Below are positions 19,840 through 29,055 of a DNA stretch of 64,000 bases, in pieces. The stretch is from Vulcanimicrobiota bacterium. GTDB lineage: Bacteria > Vulcanimicrobiota > Vulcanimicrobiia > Vulcanimicrobiales > Vulcanimicrobiaceae. Position 1 is the first letter of the stretch; every line of letters starts with the position of its first letter. The notes under the pieces were generated by a model. That model was not told where the DNA came from, searched no databases, and saw only the letters and a list, made by a program, of their open reading frames with translations. Location: positions 64,001 to 128,000 of the forward strand of contig CAWGBN010000002.1 in NCBI GenBank assembly GCA_963820825.1. Reading direction: 5' to 3'. The position numbers and the translations under genes are program-made.

Positions 19840-20995
19840 CTAGCGAGCCGAGGCTCGGCTTAAGCGCTCGTCGATCGAGCGCGACCGCGCGCGACTCCGC
19901 GGCCGGCAACGCGTGAGCGTAAATGCCGAGCGTCGTCGTCGGCGTTGTGTGCCGAGGACGCGCGCGACGGAAGCAACGTCAACGCCCGCGGCGAGCATCC
20001 ACGTCGCGGCGGTATGGCGTAGATCGTGGAGCGTCGCCTTCACCTTCGAGCGAGCGCGCAGCGAACGGAACGCTTCGGTTGCCAAGAAGGCGCTACCGGG
20101 CCTCCGAGCGGCGTTCTGAAAGACGTGGCCGGTGTCTGCATAGCATCTGCCCGCTTCGCGGCGCTCCTGAGCCTGCGACGCCCATTGCGATCGCAGCGCT
20201 TCGATCGCGAGCGCGCCGAGCGGAATCGTGCGAACGCGGTCGGTCTTGGTGCCCTTCTCAACGATGCGCGAGTCCTTGCCCTTGCCTTCGACGAACGCGC
20301 GCCGCACGGTAAGCGTTGCTTGCCCTACCTCGGGGAGCATAACGTCATCCCAGCGCAGCGCGAGAAGCTCGCCGCGCCGCGCTCCTGTACCGAGCGCGAG
20401 CCGGAAGAACGGTCCCCAGCGCGTCGCATCGGCGGCTCTGAAGAAGCGCGCTGCTTCGTGCTCGTCGAGCGCCCGCGCTTGCGAGCGCGGAGCGGTTGGC
20501 GCATCGACGGCATCGGCGACGTTACGCCAGGCGAGATCGTGCCGAACCGCCCAGCGCAACGCGGAGCGGAGGAGCGCGAATGCATGGCTCACCGACTTTG
20601 GCGCGAGCGGCTTCTTCTGCCGCGCTCCGCGCTCTTTAATCGTCGCGAGCCAAGATGATAGGTGCGCCGGCGAGAGCTTCGCAAGCGCGATGCCGCCGAT
20701 ATGCGGCGCGATCGTGAACTTCGCAAGCTCGTCGTAGCGCATGACCGTGCGCAAGCGCGCGCCCTTTGGCGCGACGGTCTGCGATGAAACGATCGAGAAG
20801 CTGCGCGACCGTCACCGTCTTTGGCGACAAGTCGATCCCGCGATCGCGTGCTTCAAGCGCCTTGCGTTCTGCGGCTTCGGCCTCTTTACGCGTGCGATAC
20901 GTGCCGATGCTCTTGCGACGGCGCAGGCCGGTTGCGCTTGATTCGAGATCAATGAGAACGGCGTAGCGGCCGCTCTTTCTGCGATAGATGCTCAC
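19840..20995 (-). CDS. int: Tyrosine integrase (frameshifted in this sequence)
   Basis: Arm-binding N-terminus SIYRRKSGRY..RTRKEAE; GARRGELLALRW, LHDLRHTAAT, LGH..T..Y; GTG at 20995 with AGAGGA RBS. Confidence 0.92.
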
Positions 20996-21098
20996 AAGAT
21001 ATTCCTCTTTATGTTTTTCTTGCTGCGAGTCAGCGTAGAAAGCTGCTTGGACGAAGTGCTCGGGTTCTCTTGAATTGCGGCCGCGGCGCTGTACGCGG

Positions 21099-21770
21099 CT
21101 AAGAATGCCAGCGATAATTTCCTGACGTGAAAGGGGCGCAATGTCGGCCGCGTGCCTTTGGAGCACTCGCTGGACGAGCGAGTTGAAAGCGATCACGAGC
21201 GCGCCTCCCTTCAAGTTCCGCGTCCGAACGCAACCACGGCTTCACGTTGAGGCCGATGGCCTTCAGCAAAGAAAGAAGCTCTTCGGCCAGCGGGCGCTCC
21301 GGGACGCGCCCCTGCAGTCGCCCCAACAAGAGCTTTCCCCGAGCACATTGGCAGACACTAAAGCTAAACCGGCGACCTTCATCCTTGGGAGTCTTGCTCG
21401 TCTCATGGAGTCCCGTAGAACGTCGCGCGGGTCGGCGACGAAGTAGCCTAGTCGAGCTCACGCAGCATTCCCTCAAAGCCGAATTCCGACTTGCGAGGCG
21501 AGCTCGCTTACACTTGGGTCTTTGAGGTTTGCGGCCTTCCCAAAGAGCGATCGCGAGAAGGTAGTGCTCGACTTGAGGATCCTTTAGGAGACGCGTCATC
21601 GCGCGGTTTACGTCTCGTATGCTGCCTGCGGTCGGCTTTTTAACTGCGCCGCTAAGCCACCGCGTGATATTTGGACGCGGGAGGCCGACTTGGGCCGCCA
21701 AGTCCCCGTGTGAAAGTTCGGCCGCGGCCAGTAGCTCAGTAACGGCTTCTCGCCAACGCTGCTGACGCAT
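21099..21770 (-). CDS. XRE-family HTH repressor (C-terminus frameshifted, end approximate)
   Basis: ELSHGDLAAQVGLPRPNITRWLSGAVKKP HTH. Confidence 0.75.
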   Translation of the reverse strand: MRQQRWREAVTELLAAAELSHGDLAAQVGLPRPNITRWLSGAVKKPTAGSIRDVNRAMTRLLKDPQVEHYLLAIALWEGRKPQRPKCKRARLASRNSALRECCVSSTRLLRRRPARRSTGLHETSKTPKDEGRRFSFSVCQCARGKLLLGRLQGRVPERPLAEELLSLLKAIGLNVKPWLRSDAELEGRRARDRFQLARPASAPKARGRHCAPFTSGNYRWHS

Positions 21771-21826
21771 GGTACCGTCCACGTCTTACACGGTACCGTT
21801 ACACTTTGGTATGGTCAAGGTGCCAT
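21769..21826. promoter_or_regulatory. Three related palindromic operators between divergent repressor and xis
   Basis: ATGGTACCGT (21769), perfect palindrome ACGGTACCGT (21790), AAGGTGCCAT (21817). Confidence 0.65.
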
Positions 21827-22130
21827 GCGTACGAACACGCTGCCACCTGCGGCCAGCAACCCCGCGGCACTCCTCGACTACGCCGAAACTCAGCGTTATC
21901 TCGGGAGGGCTATCGCGCAGCACGGTTAAGACGCTCGCTGGAAGACGGGGAGATGCAGGCGGTCATCAGCATCGGATCGCGGACGCTTTTTTTGCGCTCC
22001 CTCCCTCGACGCCTACATCAAGCGGAATTGCCGAGGGCGCTTCAGCGAAATGACAAGCGCCGTTCATGAAACGAACGGCGCGCGCACTTTGAGCGGCCCT
22101 CGCCAATTCAACGACGAGACAAACCAATGA
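21825..22130 (+). CDS. Excisionase/AlpA-like HTH protein (frameshifted, end approximate)
   Basis: LLDYAETQRYLG / GLSRSTVKTLA / GEMQAV.SIGSRTLF / SLDAYI fragments typical of Xis winged helices. Confidence 0.65.
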
Positions 22131-22857
22131 TGGATAGCGGGCGCAAGGCGTGAAAACCCCGACAGAGCACCTTCGCAATGATCCCCATCGCGCTTCTGGA
22201 TGACAAGGGGCTCCAGGCCCTCGATGTTCGCGTCTTTCTGGCATTTTGCGCGCCGTCGATGTCAATAATGACGACGTATCCCGTATTTCCCTTGAGCGAA
22301 TTGGCGAGCGCGTGGGCCGAAAGGAGGACGCGGCACAGCGTAGCATTGGTACGGCTAGAAAAGGCCGGTTGGATTCAAACAGATACGACAACGGAAACGG
22401 CCTTTGCCGAAGCTATCGGCGACTGACCCCTGTCACCCAGGCTGGGGGTCACGAGAACCGACCCCCTGTCAGGGATGACGGGGGTACGATGACGGACCCC
22501 TGCCATTGGTGACACCGAACCCCTGTCATCCGTGACTAAAACCCCCCGCCACGGCTGCCCCCGGCTACCTAGCAATCGTTACCTAGATTCTTGTTCTAGA
22601 TAGGGCACGGATGAACAAAGAGACGACGGAGAACGCGCGCAAACGACTCCTGGCACTCTTCAGCCGATCGCCAATTCGATCCGACAATCGCTGAGAAGGA
22701 AGTGGACCGCCTTCTTCAGTTTTTTCCGCACGCTCCGAAGTCTCTTGTCGAACACCTCGAATACACGGTCCATGCGAAGCTCGAGGATCCGATCGCTTAC
22801 GTGATCCGTCAGACGCAACGGGGCGAACCCCCGCAGCCGATTCAAGCCGGCACATAG
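22127..22857 (+). CDS. Putative replication initiator (HTH plus internal iterons), frameshifted
   Basis: MIPIALLDDKGLQALDVRVF..ISLERIGERVGR..SVALVRLEKAGWI; central repeats; C-terminal KLEDPIAYVIR. Confidence 0.6.
22426..22551 (+). repeat. Iteron-like repeats (CCCCTGTCA)
   Basis: ACCCCTGTCA 22426, CCCCTGTCA 22463, ACCCCTGCCA 22496, ACCCCTGTCA 22519, CCCCCGCCA near 22543; inverted copy TGACGGGGGT at 22476. Confidence 0.7.
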
Positions 22858-23026
22858 CAGCGCGCCCTTGCGACGAGGTCTACTTCTTAGGCGCACACCC
22901 GACGTAAGCCGTCACGCTCCCACCGCCGAGAAAACCCCTTGTCGAACTGCGATTGCAAGGCCCCGTCTGGGACGTTTTTTGAATAGCTGCACGAGTCCCA
23001 GGCGAATCTTTTGGAGGCCAGCCCCC

Positions 23027-24278
23027 ATGCGTATAGTCGTCTTGGTTTTTTGCGGTGTCGTGCTCGCAAGCTGCTCGCGCGTGACCGGATCGTCGCCGCT
23101 CCCAGCCGGCCTGCCGAGTGACACCTCGGCGTTTCCGCTCAGACGACGAGCGGCTCGAGTCCTCTCTACAGCTTCAAGAGCTATAAGGACGGCGCAGACC
23201 CGTATGCGGGCTTAACCGCCTTGAATGGCACGCTTTATGGCACGACGCTCGATGGCGGGTCCGTTTGCCCCCGCCTGTGGGACAGTCTTCGAGGCGAGCC
23301 TGTCGGGGATAGCGTACGTAATCTTTCGCTTCAACGGCAGGGACGGTGTTCACCCCACGGCTGGTTTACTCGCCCTAAACGGCACGCTCTACGGTACCAC
23401 CACGGAAGGCACCGACGGTCCAGAATGTGGCGGCTCTAGCGATGAGTGCGGCGTCGTCTTCGCGATAAGCACGAGCGGCAAGGAGCATATACTTCCACCG
23501 CTTCAAGAGCGCCACGGACGGCGCATATCCGTGGGCACCGTTGATAGTTGTGAAGGGAGTGCTCTTTAGCGGCACTACGCCCTTGGAGGAACAAACAACG
23601 ATGGCACCGTCTTCAAAGTCAGCAAGACCGGCGAGGAGAGCGTAATCTATCGCTTCAAAGGCGGCATGGACGGCGCTGGCTCGTGGGCACCCCTTGTCGC
23701 CAAAAACGGCACGCTGTACGGCATCGCGGGCGGTGGCACGCGATGTTCCGGCCGCGGATGCGGGGTCGTTTTCTCGAGATGAGCACTTCGGGCACGGAGC
23801 ATATACTTTATCACTTCAAAGGCGGCTCGGACGGCGCATCCCCTGGCGGTCGAATTGATCCTCGTCAACGGTACGCTGTATGGCATCACGGGCGCTGGTG
23901 GCGGTTCGCATGGTTGCCACGACGGATGCGGCACCGTCTTCAAAGTCAGCACGATCGGCGAGGAGCACGTCCTGTATCGTTTCAAGGGACCACCCGACGG
24001 CGCATACCCGTCTGCACCTTTGAGTCGCAATTCGGGGCACGCTCTACGGGACGACGTCTTCCGGTGGCATGGGGTGTAGCAGCAGCGGCGGCCTCGGTTG
24101 CGGAACCGTCTTTGCGGTGAGCTTGACCGGCAAGGAGCGCGTGCTTTACCGGTTCAAAGGCAGACCTGATGGCAGCGTGCCGTATGCTGGCCTGCTCGGC
24201 GTCAACGGCACCCTCTACGGTACTACTTCCCAAGGCGGCACAAACAATGGGGGAACAATCTTTCGGATCTCACCGTGA
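23027..24278 (+). CDS. Choice-of-anchor GloVer-repeat lipoprotein (frameshifted)
   Basis: Lipobox LASC; repeats LYRFKG..DGA.P...L..VNGTLYGTT..GG..CGTVF. Confidence 0.85.
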
Positions 24279-24739
24279 GTTGGGAGCTTGTCTCGTTTGT
24301 TCAGTCTTCGTCGCGCGCACTTTCACTCGCTAAAATCCCCTCGGAGAGAACGCACAGGTAAGACGGCAGGCTCGTGAGCGGCCGCCACGGGGGAAGCCCC
24401 CGCCGCCAGCCCGATCTCGCGAGGAAATGCCGTTGCCGCGGTACGGAACGGCGCGATTCGCCTGAGATCGCGACACCCTTCGACGGCTTTCATAGCGTTT
24501 TCCGACGGAGTGCGCGCAGGGTATGCTGCTGGACGCCCGCTTCGAGAGTACGCGGCGGTTTGATTGGGTTGACGGTGCCGGACGCTAGCGGGTCGCGACG
24601 CATTCGATTTCGGCCGCTCCTTAAGGAAGGCACGGCGACTTACGCTGAAGGTTGACGCTAAAGCGTGCGGCGCGAGTTACTATCGAACCGCGGTTCCGCA
24701 GCACCGTTGCGCTAGAGAGGGCGAACGAGCCTTTAGCGA

Positions 24740-24771
24740 CGGTTGCCAAACGGTTGCCGTCGATGGCAACC
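24740..24771 (+). repeat. Integrase arm-type sites (right)
   Basis: CGGTTGCCAAACGGTTGCCGTC plus inverted GGCAACC (24765-24771). Confidence 0.75.
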
Positions 24772-24868
24772 GCTCTTGCCCATCGACGACCGGGTGCCGG
24801 GTCGAAAACCCATATTTTACGCGGTCTTTTGCCCATCCGCGACCAGCGCTCGGCCACGCGCGGGCGGA

Positions 24869-24888
24869 TTCGAATCCCGCTGGGGCTA
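24869..24888 (+). repeat. attR core (duplicated tRNA-Glu 3' end)
   Basis: Exact 20-bp match to 17932-17951; 24/25 when extended to 24864. Confidence 0.92.
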
Positions 24889-25139
24889 AAATTTCTTCCC
24901 TTATTTTATAACGGATTTTGCTTTTGGCTCGTCCGTCTTGGGTAACGGATGGGTAACGGTCGCATGGCGTCAGGAACTTCTGGTCACGCCTCACTGCCTC
25001 TCCCCGGTCCTCCGCTTATTCGATCTCCAGCAGCTCCACTAAGATTGCTTCGATGTATCCGCGAATGTTCAGGACTTCCGCTTTTCCCTTCGCAGAATAA
25101 GCAGCGGCTCACCCACGGTTACACAATGAACGCAATGAT

Positions 25140-25360
25140 CCGTCTGCGCCGGCGAGCGCGTCTTCCGCCGTACCCTCACTTGAACCCATCGCCGACGCGG
25201 TACGCCCGATGGGGTCCTACCTCGAAGTCAAGTATAACCAAGGGCGTTTGCACTCGGCGCTCGACTACCGGCCGCCGGCACAGTTCGAGTACCTCTATCT
25301 CGAAGCCCAATCCTTACCTACCCAAGCTTAACTTCTTGTATCAAAATGGGGTCCATACCC
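25140..25360 (+). pseudogene. IS3-family transposase C-terminal remnant with right end
   Basis: YLEVKYNQGRLHSALDYRPPAQFE..* followed by IR-like TGTATCAAAATGGGGTCCATACCC; start approximate. Confidence 0.7.
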
Positions 25361-25562
25361 GAAGACGCGTAGGGACTTGAGGCGGTTCCCCTGCCTGTTG
25401 CCGAATCTCGGCTGCAGGTGCAGCTTGACGAGTACCTCGCAGCGCTTCGAAAGGCGTCCTGAGGTAACCCCTCGCGTCGCAAATCGCCCGACCCACAGCC
25501 TTTTTCCCCGTCACTTGTCGAACCCGGAGGGTTACGCTGTCTCGCCGCGCAAGGGCGGAGTG

Positions 25563-26210
25563 ATGGCGGGTTTCTTCGGCGCCGGGCTGCAGGTCATTGC
25601 GTTCGTCGTCGGGGTCGTTTGCCTAATCTCGACGATACTTGGGAAACCCTATGGTATAGGGCCGGTGACGGTCCCCGCGCCGTCATTGTTGCTGCAGCGA
25701 GTCGCACTTGGGCTCCTTGGTGCTGTGTTCGTCTTTCTTGCCACGTGGCCGTTGTTTTCTCCCACGACGTCGATCTCTGATGCGATTACCCCGTTTTTTG
25801 CGAAGCCGTCTACGCCCGCAACCCTTGGTCCACCTGACATCTCCGGCACAAACGTGCAGCCCTGGTTTGCGGTGCAGAGTGAGAGAATAGCGATTGTTGC
25901 CGTGCAATCGCGGGGTCAGAGCGGATATTATTTCCGAAACGTGGGGACGCGCAGCATCCACGTCCAATTCGACGCCCTCACTGAGTGCGCCCAGGCCAGC
26001 TGCCACAGCGAGTTTGATGTGCCACCAATCGACAACAAAAGTGCGGCCGCTCAAGACACAACAATCAAATGCGGTGCAGAATGGACACTTGAGCTTCGAC
26101 ATGCCCGCGAGCCCCCAGTTCACCTGGAAGATCTGGGTGGGGTCTACGGCATCTCCGGCAAGTTGCTGATACAGTGCGAGGCAAGCACCTTCCTTGATAT
26201 TCGTAATTAA
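25563..26210 (+). CDS. Hypothetical membrane-anchored protein
   Basis: Two N-terminal TM segments then soluble Cys-containing domain; GGAG RBS. Confidence 0.6.
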   Translation: MAGFFGAGLQVIAFVVGVVCLISTILGKPYGIGPVTVPAPSLLLQRVALGLLGAVFVFLATWPLFSPTTSISDAITPFFAKPSTPATLGPPDISGTNVQPWFAVQSERIAIVAVQSRGQSGYYFRNVGTRSIHVQFDALTECAQASCHSEFDVPPIDNKSAAAQDTTIKCGAEWTLELRHAREPPVHLEDLGGVYGISGKLLIQCEASTFLDIRN

Positions 26211-26225
26211 AGGAAAGATCTCACT

Positions 26226-26668
26226 ATGAGCAGCCCGAGCGATCCGGTTCACACCCCGCTTCCAATTGCTGAACTTGAAACCGTGTACTACGGACGTATC
26301 GTAACGATGGACGAGGCCGGAGTCATAGATGATGGTGCACTGTACGTTTCGGCTGGAGTTATCCGCGCCGTCCAAAACCGCAACCTAGCGGCACCCAACG
26401 ACTTTAATATGTATGGGGCGACGAGGGTGGAAACCGGGGGGACGATTTTTCCCGGACTGATTGAGTTGCACAATCATAAGGCGTTTAACGTGCTGTCCAT
26501 GGCGGTCATGGACCAAAAGTATACTAATCGCGATCAGTGGCGACCGTCCCCAGTAAACGGCCCAAACGGTTCGGAAATGTACGCCGCGTTGGTAGGCGCG
26601 CCAATGCTGAGGCTGATAAATGCGGTGCCGGCCGTTTCAACATACGTTGATACGAAAGCAGTTGTCGC
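26226..26668 (+). pseudogene. Amidohydrolase-family protein, truncated by IS
   Basis: GRIVTMD..IDDGALYV..G.I..V, GGTIFPGLIELHNH; ends at IS inverted repeat. Confidence 0.8.
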
Positions 26669-26853
26669 GGGTTTGAGCCGATTTCTTTAGTCCACTGGCG
26701 ATTGTGGGATGGCGTAGAAAAGTTTTCGACGAACTCCTTGGGCGTAAGATAGTTTAGCGACGGGTTTGAGCCCATTTCTTAGTCCACCGGCGATTGTGGG
26801 ATTGGTGTAGAAAAGTTTTCGACGAACTCCTTGGGCGTAAGATAGTTTAGCGA
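26668..26853. repeat. 93-bp tandem duplication of the IS right end
   Basis: 26668-26760 and 26761-26853 near-identical, both starting CGGGTTTGAGCC. Confidence 0.9.
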
Positions 26854-27953
26854 CGAGTGCGGCCGAACCTCGTTGTAATCCACGAGCCATGCATCGGCCT
26901 CTTCGCGGATCTGCAGGAGAGTCCTGAAGACTTGCACGTTGAGGAACTCGTCGCGCACGCGAGCGTTGAAGGACTCGATCCAGGCGTTCTGTGCGGGTTT
27001 CCCGGGATCAATGAAGTGCAGCAGCAGTACATTGTGATCGATCGACCACTGCAGCATCGCGCCGGCGACGTTTTCCGGACCGTTATCAACGCGAAGGCGC
27101 GTGGGATAACCGCGGATCTCGGCAATGTCATCGAGCGTTCGACGACGCGGCGGCTGGTGATCGAAAAGTCTGGGTCTACTGCGAGACCTTCGCGGCTGAA
27201 GCGGTCCTCGATCGTCAGCAACCGCACTTTGCGCTTGGTCATGAGGATTTCGTGCATGAAATCCAGTCCCCATTCTTCATTGAGCTTTGTCGGAGCCGGT
27301 GAAACGTTGCCGCGCACCAATCGCACGCGTCGCTTCTTGCGCGGTCGCACCTGCAATCGCTCATCGCAATACAGGCGGCGCAGGCGTTTGTGGTTCATCA
27401 CGAGGCCTTCACGCTTGAGCAGGATCTTAAGCCGGCGCCATCCGAATCTCGGCCGCTCTTGCGCAATGCAACGCAACCGATCGCGGACGTGCTCGTCGCC
27501 GGGGCGTTTGCGTGGTTTGTATCGTACGGTCGGTCGGGGGCAGGTCGCGAGGCGGACGCTTGCCGCTGGCTCATCCCCTCGGCCTCTAACGCCTCACCGC
27601 TTCCTTGCGCGCTGAGGGCCCCACCCGTTTTTTCGAATCACCTCGGACATCGCGCGGATCCGAGGGCTCGACGCGCGATAATGCGCTCCATCTGCGAGTT
27701 TTCGGATTCGAGCTCTTTCAGACGGGTGAGATCGCTGATGTCGAGCCCGGCGTATTTGCTTCGCCACAGTCGCAGCGTGTTGACGTGAACGCCGTGTTTG
27801 CGAGCGAGCTCAGCTGCGGATCGGCCGGCGTCTGAAGGATCGCGACGATTTGCGCTTCGGGGTAGCGTCGCTTGCGCATGCGGGTCTCCTTTGCAGGCCA
27901 TCTTGGCCGGAAACCCACAATTCCCATTGGACTAGATTCCGGGGCTCAAACCC
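26762..27953 (-). mobile_element. IS3-family insertion sequence (orfA/orfB, frameshifted)
   Basis: IRs GGGTTTGAGCCC..TAGTCCA; OrfA MRKRRYPEAQIVAIL; AAAAAAC slippery site near 27627-27633; DDE motifs [30 protein letters not shown]. Confidence 0.92.
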
Positions 27954-27954
27954 C

Positions 27955-28071
27955 TGGAAGCACAGTCAACCGAAGTTCCAAGCGACGAAAATCATCTTGG
28001 GGCCTGATGGCAATCTCTGGTTTGCCGAGGCCAACCGCAATAAGATCGGCGAGTTTCGCTTCGGTACCTAG
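27955..28071 (+). pseudogene. C-terminal fragment of Vgb-like beta-propeller protein
   Basis: KIILGPDGNLWFAEANRNKIGEF..* with no upstream part. Confidence 0.7.
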
Positions 28072-29033
28072 GGTTTGAGCTTGCGGAAGCCGGTGTAATC
28101 TTCGATCGCGAGGCCGGCGAAAGAGGCGTTGGAGGCCTCAACGCTCGCAACGTTTGCGAGTTGTGCCTCCATGTAGGCCGTACCGCTGCTGGTGGAGGAG
28201 TTGCAATACGAGGTCTGCGGGGGATGCTGGTGGCACGACGTCAAGGCGCCGATCACGACTGCTTTACCCGCGATGCCGTTAGCGTAGGTGAGATCGGTCG
28301 TTGCCTGGCTCTCCATGCGGGATGCGGTGTCCCAATAATCCATGATCACGTAGTCGTCGACGGCCCGGATGACGAGCTGGTTGAGCCGTGTCGTGACCGA
28401 GCCGCGCTTCACCCGAATGGTGGAGTACCAATAGGGTACGTCGACCGACACTTTCAATCCGATCGTATGCGCCGCCCTCGCAAGCTTGGTCACGAGATCG
28501 ACGTAATCTAAAGCCAGCGCATTGCGCCGGGTCTTCCATTGCGGAAGCCCGTACGGCTCGACGTCGAAATGGACGGCTACGGGCTGCCCCGTCGTCATTT
28601 TGCTCAAGAGCTGCGCCACGTATCTCGACACGAGCGAAACGGCGTAGCCTTGACGCGGATATCCGGAGCCGGGCAGCACCCATCTGTCGTCGCCGAACAG
28701 CAGCTCGGTCGTAATTCGGTGCGAGGCGGCCTTCTGCAGGAAGGCGATCAGCGCCGGCTGATTCCTCTGGATCGATCCTTCGCTCTCGATGTAGAGACGT
28801 TTGACGCCGTGCGAGGTCGCAAAGGCAAAGAACGCGGCTTCATCGGAAGCATTGGTTATAACGTTCTCCTGCCACGTCCACAGCGCCGCCGGTTGATACG
28901 TTCGGGCTTGACCGCCCACCGGCGCAACGGTGGGCGTCGCCATCGATTGACAGGCCGCAAGCGTCATCGTCGCGAGCGCAACGGCCCAACATCTCGGCCG
29001 CAGCCAAAGTCGGGACCTGCGGCTCAAGCGCAA
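28068..29033 (-). CDS. Lipoprotein, putative glycoside hydrolase-like barrel
   Basis: Lipobox LAAC; ALWTW, HFDVEPY, DVPYWY, VIMDY motifs. Confidence 0.65.
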   Translation of the reverse strand: MRLSRRSRLWLRPRCWAVALATMTLAACQSMATPTVAPVGGQARTYQPAALWTWQENVITNASDEAAFFAFATSHGVKRLYIESEGSIQRNQPALIAFLQKAASHRITTELLFGDDRWVLPGSGYPRQGYAVSLVSRYVAQLLSKMTTGQPVAVHFDVEPYGLPQWKTRRNALALDYVDLVTKLARAAHTIGLKVSVDVPYWYSTIRVKRGSVTTRLNQLVIRAVDDYVIMDYWDTASRMESQATTDLTYANGIAGKAVVIGALTSCHQHPPQTSYCNSSTSSGTAYMEAQLANVASVEASNASFAGLAIEDYTGFRKLKP

Positions 29034-29055
29034 GGAGGATGCTCGCCCGCGGGTC

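Larger units (their letters stand above)
17932..24888. mobile_element. ~6.9 kb tRNA-Glu-integrated element (phage-satellite/integrative-plasmid-like)
   Basis: 20-bp direct att repeat, tyrosine integrase, divergent XRE/xis pair, Rep-like gene with iterons, matched arm-type repeats at both ends; no capsid, tail or conjugation genes seen. Confidence 0.9.

Noticed and set aside
26668..26853. Repeat unit as a possible CRISPR array
   Set aside because: Two contiguous copies without spacers, matching the IS end; no cas genes in the window.
28071..28080. GGGTTTGAGC matching the IS inverted repeat
   Set aside because: Only 10 bp, encodes the natural C-terminus of the 28068 gene and lacks the internal TAGTCCA box.
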